DNA of 64,000 nucleotides. Origin: a virus. Below, piece by piece: positions 39,629 to 50,990 of this stretch (within the stretch, counting starts at the first letter, position 1; every line of letters begins with the position of its first letter). The notes under the pieces were generated by a model, which saw only the letters and a list, made by a program, of their open reading frames with translations, was not told where the DNA came from and searched no databases. Made by a program: the position numbers and the translations under genes. The DNA lies in the IMG/VR virus record IMGVR_UViG_3300025326_000018, positions 1-64,000 of that record, one strand, 5' to 3'.

Positions 39629-39691
39629 GAGCTTCGCAATCGCGATTGATATGTAGCTTATACGCCCCTATGGCCCTGTTGATCGAATGGA

Positions 39692-40009
39692 TTGGATATG
39701 AAGCCAAAGACACAATTGTATCTCGTTAATTCCAAAGATGTATCCGACGGCATTGCTCGCGCCTCCGGAACAGTGGGCACAGCGATTCGAGCGTGGTTGG
39801 CGGAAGAGATCAGGTTAGGCGCTTTAGATTTCTCTGATGTTGCGATGGCATTGCATGTCGTTGTTGCTCAGGAATCTGCGATACATGCTCTCTCGAAATG
39901 TCGGCCAAGGAATGCGAAGAATATGAAGAAGCAGTACAGCGACCTTGTTGCATTGTGCCTTGATCACCAATTCGAGAAGATGATCGAGATTGGTAAAAAT
40001 GAGTTCTAG
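39692..40009 (+). CDS. Hypothetical protein
   Basis: 105-aa ORF. Confidence 0.5.
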   Translation: MDMKPKTQLYLVNSKDVSDGIARASGTVGTAIRAWLAEEIRLGALDFSDVAMALHVVVAQESAIHALSKCRPRNAKNMKKQYSDLVALCLDHQFEKMIEIGKNEF

Positions 40010-40505
40010 AACGTACACAACGATAAAATCCCTGATGGGGCATTTGTCCCGCGAGGAGCAGCTTCAGCTTCATAAGCTTCTAACTCAGAAGTTGGGAGGC
40101 GCTGTATACTCTGCTGAGAAACCCATCGAGGTAGCTGGTGGGATTCGTGCTGTTATCGGCCAGCTGTTAAAGTTCGCAAGGTCGATTGGTATCTCTGAAG
40201 AGGATGCGACGGTTCCCGCGATTGATCGGATCCTGAATAGGAAAGTAGGCAAGGGTGCGCTTCCAAAGTGCGAAGCGCTGTGGACGTTCATCTCTGCTCA
40301 GACTGACGACAGGCTTAAGCGCGAGGCGTTGCTTCAGATCGGGTTTCGGCTGCATTACGATGAGCTGCGGACTTGGGTAAATGTCGTAGGCATTGATCAG
40401 ATGCTTCAATTCCTCGACCGCGTTCCAGCCTGCTTCGATTCACAGTTTCCCGGGTATGCCTCCCAGCGCTTGTTGGAGAAACTCGTTAGTACGCGAAAGA
40501 GGTAA
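39999..40505 (+). CDS. Hypothetical protein upstream of the helicase
   Basis: Helical ORF abutting the DnaB-like gene. Confidence 0.55.
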   Translation: MSSRTYTTIKSLMGHLSREEQLQLHKLLTQKLGGAVYSAEKPIEVAGGIRAVIGQLLKFARSIGISEEDATVPAIDRILNRKVGKGALPKCEALWTFISAQTDDRLKREALLQIGFRLHYDELRTWVNVVGIDQMLQFLDRVPACFDSQFPGYASQRLLEKLVSTRKR

Positions 40506-40510
40506 TTGCT

Positions 40511-41968
40511 ATGGCCGAACATGCCGCTGTTACACTACAGGAGAATCTTCTGACCTTGCTGATCTTTGATGACGTTCATGGTCAGCTTGTACACAACCTA
40601 GTTGATGTGGAACACTTTCACGGCGAGTATCGAACAATTGCCGAGCGGTGTTATAGCTACCGTGACACGTATGGCGCAGCTCCCGGTCGCGAGCACATTC
40701 ACGATCTGCTCGCTGACATACTCGAGGATAAGAACAACAGCAAGCGTGGTGTGCTGCTCCAGACGCTCGACGCCATGCAGAGGCTCTCAGAGGGGATCAA
40801 CACTACTTATGTTCTAGACCAAGCGAACACCTTCGTTCGACAGCAGACGATCTCCCGTGCAATTTTAAAGTCAGCTCAGCTCTTGCAACAACGGCGAGAA
40901 GACTCTATTACGGATATCGAGGCCATTTGGTCGAGCCTGCTTCGAGTTGATTCTGTTGGCTTTGACGCCGGCCTTCGTCTCGGAAATACCGAGAGGATCA
41001 TCAACTTTCTGAATGAGCGTTACGTTGAATTTGATACTGGGATTGCGGCCTTCGATGCGAACGGCATCGTGCCTTATCGCGATGCCGTATTCCTGTTCCT
41101 CGCGGCGACGGGCATGGGGAAGAGCTGGTGGCTGATTCAGTTAGGCAAGCGGGCGTTGTTACGAAGAAAGAAGGTGCTGCACATCACCTTAGAAATGTCA
41201 GAGGAGGAGGTTGCGTCCAGATACTTTCAGTCGCTGTTCTCGGTAAGCAAGCGCAGCGGCGATGTTTCTGTCACAAGTTTGGAGCTGAATACGCGGGACA
41301 GGTTATCCGGATTCGAGATTTCCGAGATTGCACCTGAGTTCTCATTCGACTCAAGGATCCTGGATGAGGAGCTCAGGATTCATATGCGGGCTTTCGGGCC
41401 TCGGCTAGAAAATCTGGTAATCAAGAAGTTTCCAACTCGTGGACTAACACCTGACGGGCTGCGGAGATACTTAGACACCCTAGAGCGTGTTACGAAGTTT
41501 ACACCCGACTTGCTCCTGCTCGACTACCTAGGCCTGATGAAGACGGATGCGAAAGATCATCGCATCGCGCTGGGGCGGAACTTCGAAGATGTGCGCGGCA
41601 TATCCGGAGAGCGGCATATGGCCGTTGGAACAGCGCACCAGATATCGAGAGCCGGCGCAAAACAAAGGATGGCGTCGTCTACTGATGTATCTGAAGACTG
41701 GTCACTGATCGGAACCGCCGACCGCGTGGTAACGTATTCGGCGACCGATCAAGAAAGAAGGTACGGACTCGCTCGACTGTTCGTTGATAAGGCCCGGTCC
41801 GACCTTGATAAGTTTGGAGTGCTGATTACGCAGAAGTACGGGTTGGGGCAGTTCGTACTTGATTCTGTTCGCATGGACAACAAGTATTGGGATATCCTGA
41901 AAGAGTTGAGCGGTAACCAGGATTCGAACAATTCTGACGATGAGAACGAAACGGAGGACGAAGAATGA
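40511..41968 (+). CDS. DnaB-like replicative helicase
   Basis: Walker A AATGMGKS, LHITLEMS, LLLLDYLGLM, TAHQISR. Confidence 0.88.
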   Translation: MAEHAAVTLQENLLTLLIFDDVHGQLVHNLVDVEHFHGEYRTIAERCYSYRDTYGAAPGREHIHDLLADILEDKNNSKRGVLLQTLDAMQRLSEGINTTYVLDQANTFVRQQTISRAILKSAQLLQQRREDSITDIEAIWSSLLRVDSVGFDAGLRLGNTERIINFLNERYVEFDTGIAAFDANGIVPYRDAVFLFLAATGMGKSWWLIQLGKRALLRRKKVLHITLEMSEEEVASRYFQSLFSVSKRSGDVSVTSLELNTRDRLSGFEISEIAPEFSFDSRILDEELRIHMRAFGPRLENLVIKKFPTRGLTPDGLRRYLDTLERVTKFTPDLLLLDYLGLMKTDAKDHRIALGRNFEDVRGISGERHMAVGTAHQISRAGAKQRMASSTDVSEDWSLIGTADRVVTYSATDQERRYGLARLFVDKARSDLDKFGVLITQKYGLGQFVLDSVRMDNKYWDILKELSGNQDSNNSDDENETEDEE

Positions 41969-44555
41969 CAGGTTTTTTGCTTGCTACGGATAAAGACTAC
42001 GCTATCTTTTCGTGTAGGTACAACATACGAGTGACTTATAAAGGTGGAAAATCAGATACTACAAAACTGATGGGTAACATTTATAGCATTAATCCTGTAA
42101 TAGGATGGCAGTTATCTAATAATGATGGCTTAGCGGATGCTCAAAGGTACGCTATTCCTATTACTCCCTTTTGGTGGGATATTAATGCGGAGCGGGCGTA
42201 TTACCAAGATGGGTACTCTACGAAAGAATCTGGTCCCGATTCTTCTCTGTACTCCTTTGTGTACTGTGGGTTAGTCCACAGGAATTTAGTAGTTATGGAT
42301 GGCTCCACGTTTGGTCCTATTCCGTTGAAACAATGGTTTGATTCTTTTTCATTGGTTAACCGTGAGGACATAAAAGAGTTAAATTCTGTGTATAAGAAAC
42401 AAATGAAAGTAGTTGCAGATTTTTTTGAGAAGATATCATAATGGCTAGTACAGACACCAAACTTGATTTACTTCTTTCAGGACTGCGAGGCGTTGCTTGG
42501 GAGGAAGCGAAGGGAGCCTTGCGAACAGCGTATATGGCTGTTGGAACAACTACGGCTTCACGCCTCGGCGATGACTCCAATTGGATCAAATTCCGAGACC
42601 GTGCTGAGCAGTTTATCAAGAGCATCGAACAAGATGGATTACACGAATAGGAGGATGGGGAATGGCTAAACCCCGAGTAAACCCACCATGGCCTTGGTTG
42701 CCCACAGATTTGTTTTCTGCGTCATATCTTAGAGGCTTTCGACTTTCGAATGGCTGTGCGGTATCCACTGAGCTTGCTTATGCGAAACGCGCTGGTGTCG
42801 GGCCTGAATTCAAGCTATACAGATATCGACAGAATGAAACGGTACTTAGAGTTTCTTGGTCTACATTGTCGGTGTGGCTTCGTAAGCGTCGGCTGAAACT
42901 AATTGATTTAGAAGGAGTTGGCTGCGCGGAGTTGACGGCGTACCGGTATAGGGCTATGCGGCAAAAGGTTATTCTACTTGTGGATGGGCAATGAGACAAC
43001 TCAGACTTCTTGACAAGAACGGTGACATTGTGATCACATGGACGCAGGAACACGACGACGCGATTGAAAGTATTATCGAGAAGAAGATGGCCGAGGGCAT
43101 GTCGTTCTTCATTCTTGAACCGCAGGCCGGTGGACTGCTGCCGCCGACTCGGACGAAATTGACATCGGCGAAGAACGCCAGGACCTTTCGTGCCCTCGCG
43201 ATCGACGATCCCGACTTTTCTGCTTTCATTGGTGCTGGGAAAGGTGAGATGATTGACTCTCCTGTTGCTCCAATCAAGACGACGCGCCGAGCAAAAACGG
43301 CGAAAGAAGTTGTCGGATTTGACACCCTTGGATTGAAACCTAGGAAGAGTGGATGATGCAGGTTCAACCTCCGGTATCGCTTACGGCTCGAAACGTGCTC
43401 TCGATGATGCTTGACTCAGGGAGCATTGACTACGCCACCTTCCTCACTGCGCATTTGTATATGAGCCGCAGCGTCGTTGATCGGCTGCTCTTGAATACAG
43501 GTGACGTTGAAAGTCGTAAACGGATGGCGCACGTTTTGTTCGATCTTCGCGATGATATTTTTCCGGAGATCTCTGCTGATTTGCGTAGTGTTATCGTTTA
43601 CCTTGCGGTTCTCCATCTTTCTGATTACGTGATAAACCTTTCGGAGATCTTCGCCAGTTGGGCGTACACGGATTCCACTTATGGTGGCGCCGCAGAGGAT
43701 TTCAAGTCGAAACCTATCGTGCGGTCTGACGGAAGTCTTACACCTAAGGTACGGCGCCGTTTGTATTCTCCTTCCTGGATTCGTCGATATGTTAAACACG
43801 GACTAGAGATTGGTTGGCTCAGATACGTCAGGACGAGGCTCGACCCGCACTTGGACGTGGTGCGAGATTTGAGTAGCGTGTCGGCAGGTATCGAGCAGTT
43901 GCAGTTGCATATTGAGCGGCAACAGCAGTTGGGTGAGCAGAGCGAGGTGTCGGCCGCTAAGCCGGCGCGGGCTTTGCGACCGTTTCAGGATCGGCGGGTC
44001 TTAGCTCGATCCCTGCGGCTGGCCCGTTCGATTTTGCCTGCGAAAGTTGTTCAGGATTTTTTTGCTGGCAAGTCGGTCGTTCTTCCTGGGGAGACCATGG
44101 ATCTGGCGATTAAGCTTCGTGAGTCAGTATTTTCGATGGGCCACGGAACCTGTTACGTGAGTGGATATTCAAAGGCGGGAGATATTTTAGTTGATTTGTG
44201 TGTGTACTTCGAGGACACTCCGGCCCTCGATCAGCTTGTTGGTTTCGCGTTGCATATGAGTTCAGGGTTGGAGCATGAGCTACTCACATCTGCGAATATG
44301 GTTCGAGCGTACCCTGCGGGAGTAAAGCACCCTCTTGTTCGGAGAATGATCCAGGGTCACGGTTGGGCGCGTCGTGATCGGCGTTTGTTGGAATTGGAAT
44401 ATTTCAATGACACGAACGATTTGTGGGGGTTTACCTGTCTCGAATTCGTATTCGGTTCCTGGCGGTCTGCTATGCTGCGGAAGGTCCTCTTCCCTGGGGG
44501 CGCTCTGCCGCGACGCTCGCTGACAGACGGACGTTCCACATTTCCGCTGGTATAG
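41965..44555 (+). other. Five overlapping hypothetical ORFs (41965-42441, 42441-42650, 42662-42994, 42991-43356, 43353-44555)
   Basis: Tightly coupled starts and stops; no recognisable motifs. Confidence 0.55.
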
Positions 44556-44886
44556 GGTTCCGGGGTCGCTTTCCGCCCGTCTATGAGCCTGACTCGTAGG
44601 CTATCGCGGTCCATAGATTGATTGGTGATTTCTAATATCGGTGAAGCAGATATGCGCACTACGAAATATGATTCAAACTGCCTGTGCTGTTTGGGAACAG
44701 GTACCCATTCAGTATGGGTCGTAGATGGCTGGTCTGCAATTGAATGCCTGTGCGCCTCAGGTTGGAAAATGTCTAGAGAGGGTCAATGGATTCCTCTGAA
44801 CACAACAGTCAAACACGCCGATGATTGTGAGTGCGCTGTTTGTTGGCAAGAAATGGAATGCCGTAGTTAACCCCAGGAGGGTTTTT

Positions 44887-45405
44887 ATGTTTACTCGAGA
44901 AGTGCTGGATTCAGTACTACCACCGGGCGATGCGCTGAACGCTGCGGTACGTCGTTCGTTGTTTGAATGCTTCAATGTCGATACGCCCTATGCTATTATT
45001 GATTTGGAGTTCTTGCTCGCCGCGATGGCTGGTTTCGTAGAAATGCATGCGGGTTTTCGGAAGCAAGAGGAGCAGCCTTGGCAGGTATTGCATTCTCCGG
45101 AATACGAGTATGACTGGTCGTACACAATTACTGTTCGCGGCGTTGACTACAAGCCTCGGTCAAATTACTTGACACTTGAAGGTTGGCCGACGGGTACAAC
45201 CTGTTGGTTTGTTACTGTTGACTACGGATGGCGTGAGAATATTACTGCTCCGGGTCCACTTCTAGCTGTACTTCGTGCGATCATTGTTCTCTGTGCAGTA
45301 GTTCGTACGAGTAAGACCGCACCCTCGAAACGCCGTGAAGTTCTCGAAGTGATGAAACAAATTATGCAGGAAGGTGAAGATGCCGCTGGGACCATTCAAG
45401 GTTGA
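44887..45405 (+). CDS. Hypothetical protein
   Basis: CAGGAGG SD, ATG at 44887. Confidence 0.55.
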   Translation: MFTREVLDSVLPPGDALNAAVRRSLFECFNVDTPYAIIDLEFLLAAMAGFVEMHAGFRKQEEQPWQVLHSPEYEYDWSYTITVRGVDYKPRSNYLTLEGWPTGTTCWFVTVDYGWRENITAPGPLLAVLRAIIVLCAVVRTSKTAPSKRREVLEVMKQIMQEGEDAAGTIQG

Positions 45406-45904
45406 GTATTTTATTCCGAGTTCCGACGTTCCGCAGCGGCAAGGATTCAAGAAAAAGGCTAGGTTGCTGAATCCCCCGAAGATGCATATGATTGCGGTTG
45501 CTGGTGTGAGCTATCGGCAATCAGAGGTTCGACAAGCTGTTCGCGACTTTAAGGCGGCTAACGGAGCGTATGAGCGCCGCGCCGAGCTTGTTTACGAGAA
45601 TAATAATTCACACGACCAGCTGGCCGTTGCTGTTTATTTTTTGGAGTATGCTGTCGGGTATCTACCGCGACAGCTATGTAAAGAGTATCGAGATGCTCTG
45701 TCGCGCGTAATTCCGAGCGACCTCAATGAACTTCCAATGTTCTGCCCTGTTATCTTTGTAGGAGGTGGACCTGGGGAGCACATGGGGTTTCGACTTGCGC
45801 TCCCCCGATCTAGTCAAGCCGCAGTGGCGCGAACACGGAAAGCCAAGACAGGCAAGAAGACAACAGCAGTATCGTACGATTCTAAGATGTTTGAGAGGAC
45901 GTAG
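45374..45904 (+). CDS. HIRAN-domain protein
   Basis: VAGVSYRQ, ELVYENNNSHDQLAVAVY, VGYLPR. Confidence 0.75.
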   Translation: MKMPLGPFKVEYFIPSSDVPQRQGFKKKARLLNPPKMHMIAVAGVSYRQSEVRQAVRDFKAANGAYERRAELVYENNNSHDQLAVAVYFLEYAVGYLPRQLCKEYRDALSRVIPSDLNELPMFCPVIFVGGGPGEHMGFRLALPRSSQAAVARTRKAKTGKKTTAVSYDSKMFERT

Positions 45905-45914
45905 AGGAAAAGAA

Positions 45915-46634
45915 ATGTTCGGAAAGAATGTAATAACAAAACCGTATCCCCATGACGATGGTTCATTGAAGGTACACTCGTTTTGGTACACTATTCAGGG
46001 TGAGGGTCCTGATGCTGGCCGACCAGCAGTATTCGTGCGGTTAAGTCATTGCAATTTAAGGTGTTTTTTCTGCGACACTCAATTCGATACCGGTGAGGTG
46101 CGTGAGTGCGTGGAGATTGCGTACGATGTAGTTAAGCTTGCGATGACCAACAAATGCCCGTTGGTGGTGATTACCGGAGGCGAACCGTTCCTCCAGAACG
46201 TGGGACCATTTATTGTTTTGTTGAATCAGGCCGGGATTGCTGTATCGATCGAGACGGCCGGCACCGTGTTTCTTCCTAGCATTCCTCGCTTGTTCGCGAA
46301 AGATTCGGTAAACAAGATTGTATGCTCGCCGAAGACCCCGCAGTTGAGCCCGAACCTCATTCCGCACATCCACTCGCTGAAATACATCATTCGAGCCGGA
46401 GAGGTTGATGATGAGGACGGCCTTCCTTGTATGTCAACTCAGATCCCCGGAAAGATCACGAAGATTTATCGACCTTGTCAAAGTCTTCCCGAAGGTACGC
46501 CTATCTACGTTCAGCCGATGGACGAAGAGAATGAGACTGAACGCACGAAGAACATAATGGAAACTGCTGCGGTTTGCATGAAGTTTGGTTACCGTTTGTC
46601 GATCCAGTTGCACAAGCTTGTGGGGGTAGATTAA
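45915..46634 (+). CDS. queE: 7-carboxy-7-deazaguanine synthase (radical SAM)
   Basis: FWYTIQGEG...GRPAVFVRL..CNLRCFFCDT, VITGGEP, IETAGT, CSPK, RLSIQLHK. Confidence 0.95.
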   Translation: MFGKNVITKPYPHDDGSLKVHSFWYTIQGEGPDAGRPAVFVRLSHCNLRCFFCDTQFDTGEVRECVEIAYDVVKLAMTNKCPLVVITGGEPFLQNVGPFIVLLNQAGIAVSIETAGTVFLPSIPRLFAKDSVNKIVCSPKTPQLSPNLIPHIHSLKYIIRAGEVDDEDGLPCMSTQIPGKITKIYRPCQSLPEGTPIYVQPMDEENETERTKNIMETAAVCMKFGYRLSIQLHKLVGVD

Positions 46635-46859
46635 TGAAAGCTCTCATAATCGTTAGTTGTCTGCTCGGCAGCGGCACGGATTGGTATCCCCGAGGACATT
46701 ACAAGAGCTGGAAGCAGTGCGAGAATAACATTCGTAAATTCGAGCGTAGGCTGGTTCTGAAAAAACGCACATTATGCTGGTGCCATCGGAAAGACTACGC
46801 TTACCCATACCTGGTGAAACCTCCATTACCTCGTCGTACTGATACGGATACAAAGTGAA

Positions 46860-48446
46860 ATGGGTGTTATTCCTAAGGCGGCCATTCGACAGTTCCTCGC
46901 GCGCGAGCGCGGGGACTACCGAAAGTGGAAGAACTACAAATTTAACAAGCTCGATGCGCTGATGGAGAAGCTTCCAGCTCGACCTCCCATCTGGCGTAGG
47001 TTACGGAAGCACCAACGCGTCTGTCTTCTGTTAGGGGCCCGGCATGGTAGCTGGGCCTTCTTCCTTGATACGGGTTGTGGGAAGACTCTGCTGTCGATTG
47101 CCCTCGCTCGATACTTTGAAAAGGTGAAGCGCGGTAAGGTGTTCCTCGTCTTAGTCCCAAATCGAATCAACATGTTCGAGTGGGGAGACGAGATAACCAA
47201 GCATTCTCCGAACACGAAGTATACGATCCTAGGAGGATCAAGCAAGGAGAAGTGGGCAGCGGTTCAGAAAGGTGACTCGCTGCTCTACGTGACGACGTAC
47301 ATGGGCCTGCTGCATATGGTCTGCAAGACGACTGTGACCAAGAAAGGTGTCACGAAGATGACACCCTGGGATAAGCAGATCAACGCCCTACTCCGTATTG
47401 TGGATGGATTCTTCTTCGACGAGTCTACTGAACTCGGCAACCCCGACAGTTTGACGTATCGCATTTGTAGACGTTTTGCAAAAGCCAAGAACAAGCTTGT
47501 ATACCCTCTAACGGGTACGCCTTTCGGAAAAGATCCAAAGCCACTATGGGCTCAGATGTTCTTGGTAGATCTCGGCCACAGCTTGGGTGAGACCCTAGGT
47601 CTGTTCCGGTCCGCGTTCTACTCCGAGACGATGAACCAGATGTCTGGATTTCCGGAGTATCATTTCGAGAAGAAGAAGGCTAAACTACTTCATGAATTCA
47701 TTGCAGCGCGGTCGATTACGTACGAGGCCGAGGCGACGTCGCTACCTAAGTTGATCCCCGTAGTAAAAGAAGTCAATATGTCTTCTGATGCTGAGGCGCA
47801 TTACTACGCTGTACAGGATGAGTTTCGTAGTGCCCTAGAGGTTCAGGGCCCGAAAGACCTAACGGTAATCAAGAACTCTTTTTTACGTCTCCGGCAAATA
47901 TCTTCTGGGTTCATTGGCTACCACGATGATGAGACGGGCGAGCGCGCCTCGCTCGAATTCAAAGACAATCCTAAGCTCGATCTGCTGCTGAGCATACTTG
48001 ATGAGGTTACACCTCGATACAAGGTTGTGGTCTATTGCCAGTTTACAATCTCTGGCGCGATGATTTGCCGAGAATTAACTAAGGTGAAGATAGGTCATCA
48101 AAGAATTTATGGTGGGACAAAGGATCAGAAAGTTGTATTGGAAGCTTTTAAGACAGACGAATCCTGTAGAGTGCTCGTGTTGAATAATGACTGCGGCGGT
48201 TTTGGTTTGAATCTACAGATAGCGAGATACGGGATATACTTCGAGAGTCCTATTTCACCTATCATGAGAAAGCAGACTCGAAGACGAGTGGAGCGGCAAG
48301 GTTCGGATCACAGTAGTGTTTTCATCTACGACCTAATCACTCGTGGCACATACGACCACGCAAATCTTGCAGCGCTAGAAGAAGGCAAGAACTTGCTGGA
48401 AGAGGTGCTCCGCGGGAAAGCAAAAGATTTTATTTTCGGAAAGTAG
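46860..48446 (+). CDS. SNF2/superfamily II helicase
   Basis: DTGCGKT, FFDES, LTGTP, LRLRQI, GGFGLNLQ, RVERQG. Confidence 0.9.
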   Translation: MGVIPKAAIRQFLARERGDYRKWKNYKFNKLDALMEKLPARPPIWRRLRKHQRVCLLLGARHGSWAFFLDTGCGKTLLSIALARYFEKVKRGKVFLVLVPNRINMFEWGDEITKHSPNTKYTILGGSSKEKWAAVQKGDSLLYVTTYMGLLHMVCKTTVTKKGVTKMTPWDKQINALLRIVDGFFFDESTELGNPDSLTYRICRRFAKAKNKLVYPLTGTPFGKDPKPLWAQMFLVDLGHSLGETLGLFRSAFYSETMNQMSGFPEYHFEKKKAKLLHEFIAARSITYEAEATSLPKLIPVVKEVNMSSDAEAHYYAVQDEFRSALEVQGPKDLTVIKNSFLRLRQISSGFIGYHDDETGERASLEFKDNPKLDLLLSILDEVTPRYKVVVYCQFTISGAMICRELTKVKIGHQRIYGGTKDQKVVLEAFKTDESCRVLVLNNDCGGFGLNLQIARYGIYFESPISPIMRKQTRRRVERQGSDHSSVFIYDLITRGTYDHANLAALEEGKNLLEEVLRGKAKDFIFGK

Positions 48447-48505
48447 AGCTCCTTCAGCCTAGTCGAAAGATTGGGATTTTTATTTGTTTGAAGTAAAGTA
48501 TTCTC

Positions 48506-48538
48506 TTGCGTTAGTATGGATTATAGCTTACACATAAT
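48506..48538 (+). promoter_or_regulatory. Repeated phage early promoter (further copies at 48930, 49225, 52240, 52978, 54616)
   Basis: TTGCGT-N17-TACA(C/T)A-TAATG.(A/G)TAGG(C/T)AG; ACAGGAGA-type SD downstream. Confidence 0.8.
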
Positions 48539-48573
48539 GAGTAGGCAGTAGCCTATATACACAGGAGAAGAAA

Positions 48574-49633
48574 ATGACCAACCCTACAAATACCCAGATA
48601 GCTGCACGCCTTGTTGAACTTGCGGCCGAGATCGAGTTTGCCGAGCACAACGTGTGTGCGGTGAACGAGGCGGTCGCGCTCACAGCTATCGGGTTAGCGC
48701 AGACTCCAGTGAACGGTCTGATCATTTATACAGACCTGGATGCCGAGCGCATGGAGGCGGCCATTCAGAACTTCGAGAATATCGTGCGGATGTTCAATTG
48801 GGAGCGTGAGCAAGCTGCTCACACCGTTTCGAGGATAATCGAAGTTTTTGGGTGGTAATAATCGCCCTCGAGTAGAGAGAAGCCCTGCCGAAAGGTGGGG
48901 CTTTTTCTTTGTTTGATTTAAAGTATTTCTTGTGTAAGTAGTAATTATACTTTACATATAATGCATAGGCAGACAAACACAACGGAGAAAGATTATGAAC
49001 GAAGAGCAAATGAAGATTTTGGATACAGTGCTTGCTCGCATTCTTCGGAACTTTCCTGACGCTGCTGAGGACGAGGTCCGGCAAGTTATCGAAGAGGGTT
49101 TTATGGCCGGTTGCGAAGATGAATATACGCTAAATCGGTACACTGAAAAACACTTCAGCTTCTGATCAAACAGAGGCCCTACCGAAAGGTGGGGCTTTTT
49201 ATTTGTATGACGTAAAGTATTTGCTTGCGTTGATAGTAACTTTAGCTTACATATAATGAGTAGGCAGCAAGCTTACAACAACTCACAGGAGAAGAAAATG
49301 ACCAAGCATACATTCCGCAGCATTAAGACCGGCGATGTTCTTGAGGTTGGGTATCGTGGTCACCTCGACCGCTGCGAATTCCTTGGTTTCACGGACAACA
49401 AGACGAAGTACAGCGAAACGCCAGTATTTAAAACTGCCGCTGAGATGCTTAAGTTCGCAGGCGTAACCAGCTTCCCCGCTTTGGAGGAGTATCAGGATGC
49501 GCAAAATCTCGAGTACGGGCATCACTTTTACGCGGTGTTTAAAGACCTGTCGACTGGCGATGTTTTCCAAGCTTACCTTTTCAAGGGTCGCTGGGTTCTT
49601 GGCACTTCTGCAGACGTCGCAAAGCTGCGCTAG
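48574..49633 (+). other. Three monocistronic early-gene cassettes (48574-48858, 48995-49165, 49298-49633)
   Basis: Each has promoter, SD, ORF and hairpin-T terminator. Confidence 0.7.
48880..48907 (+). terminator. Intrinsic terminator (near-identical copy at 49174-49204)
   Basis: AAGCCCTGCC-GAAA-GGTGGGGCTTTTT. Confidence 0.85.
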
Positions 49634-49852
49634 TTGAAATCGGGTCGGGTGGAAACACCCGGCCTTTTATTTTGTATTCGACAAGGTTTTTTATTGCAAA
49701 AGGTTGTAGTTGGTCTTAAATACAACGGATAGACAGCAAAGATATTCAAGCAGAGCAAGTATATTCCGGGGTAGTAAAATCTTTTTAGTTTTTTTGCTTT
49801 ATTTTATATAAAAGGTATTGCATTACTACAAAGAAGTTACTATATTGTATTT

Positions 49853-50161
49853 ATCGGAGCTGCAGAGCAAGTGTCGAAAGACCCCTCAAGGCTCCGAAAG
49901 GAAAGGCTCCAGGCCCGACCAGCGACTAGAGAAGACGGTAGAGAGGACTACCGACCCGAGAAGGGGAACCAGGCACCGAACGGAGCGGAAGCTGGGAACA
50001 TCAAAAGAAGCTCACGATAAAAAGAAAAAGGACTTCCTGGACCTTAAACCTACCGGCCGCGAAAGCACACCGGAGAAGACGAAAAGTCGAAACCTAGAGG
50101 AAAAAAATTCCTCGAAGGTCGTCGGGAGATGAGCTACCCGGCTTGAATAAGACAGCTCATT
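49853..50161 (+). ncRNA. Candidate structured RNA/leader of about 310 nt
   Basis: Follows promoter TTGCAT-N17-TATATT (49818-49846); several GAAA-capped hairpins; contains a hammerhead-like stem III module. Confidence 0.55.
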
Positions 50162-50175
50162 CACAGGAGTAGAAG

Positions 50176-50478
50176 ATGCTTAAAGTTATCGCCCTCGCTG
50201 CTTCAGTTGTACTGCTTACAGTCCCAACGGTTTTAGCTGGGGAAGGTACCGAGAGGTGCGGTGAGAAGGTGACCTGGAAAGGCGTCTGGTGTATCGTTAG
50301 CCTAAACGACGCGAAGGCACATTGTACCCTAGCTGCAAAGTATGAGAATAGGGTCAAGCATGCAGAGGTCGACGGTGACCTCGACGCTGCTCAGATGTAT
50401 CGCAATCGCGCAGCTTACCAAGCTGCCGAGTGCAAGCGCTTCCTAGAACTGCACGCCGTAAAGTATCCGACGAAGTAA
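50176..50478 (+). CDS. Secreted hypothetical protein
   Basis: Signal peptide MLKVIALAASVVLLTVPTVLA; four Cys. Confidence 0.65.
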   Translation: MLKVIALAASVVLLTVPTVLAGEGTERCGEKVTWKGVWCIVSLNDAKAHCTLAAKYENRVKHAEVDGDLDAAQMYRNRAAYQAAECKRFLELHAVKYPTK

Positions 50479-50557
50479 GCCGAAATCTAGGGGGTGGCGA
50501 AAGCTGCCCCCGATGATCGCTGAGGTGTGAGAGACCCCGGCCCGATGAGGCATCTCA
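50479..50557 (+). ncRNA. Type II hammerhead ribozyme, copy 1 (CCGAUGA core)
   Basis: GCC-GAAA-stem III-GAUC-stem I-CCGAUGA-GGC; loop I TGAGA pairs with tail TCTCA. Confidence 0.8.
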
Positions 50558-50575
50558 ACTACACAGGATTAGAAA

Positions 50576-50989
50576 ATGTTCCTCGGAGAAGCGAAAAACG
50601 TCGGTAATCTTCGTCTCTTGCTAAACGCGAAGATGAATCTTTATACGTCGATGCTGGAGAATCTCAAGACTCAAGCAGAGATGGACGCTGCCTATGCCGG
50701 CGAGCACGGTGATGTAACTTTTCATCATCAGGCGCATTGGTTGGGCTGGTATGCCATCGAGCTTCCAGTAGCGGCGTTCACGGCAGATCAGGCGGCGCGG
50801 GTCCTTATCGAGATTAAGGATGCTGCCGACGGCGATGCAATTCCGGAGCGGATTAAGTCTGAGGCGCTTCGGAACGTTCTTTCGAGCATGAAGTTGGGTA
50901 GCCGGTCCACATCGGCTGCAAGCAACTTGGCCGAGGACGCTGTTCGCGCCTTCTGGGTGGAACTTGGTTCCATCGTGCTAACGAAGTAG
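50576..50989 (+). CDS. Hypothetical protein
   Basis: ORF ending GSRSTSAASNLAEDAVRAFW. Confidence 0.7.
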   Translation: MFLGEAKNVGNLRLLLNAKMNLYTSMLENLKTQAEMDAAYAGEHGDVTFHHQAHWLGWYAIELPVAAFTADQAARVLIEIKDAADGDAIPERIKSEALRNVLSSMKLGSRSTSAASNLAEDAVRAFWVELGSIVLTK

Positions 50990-50990
50990 A

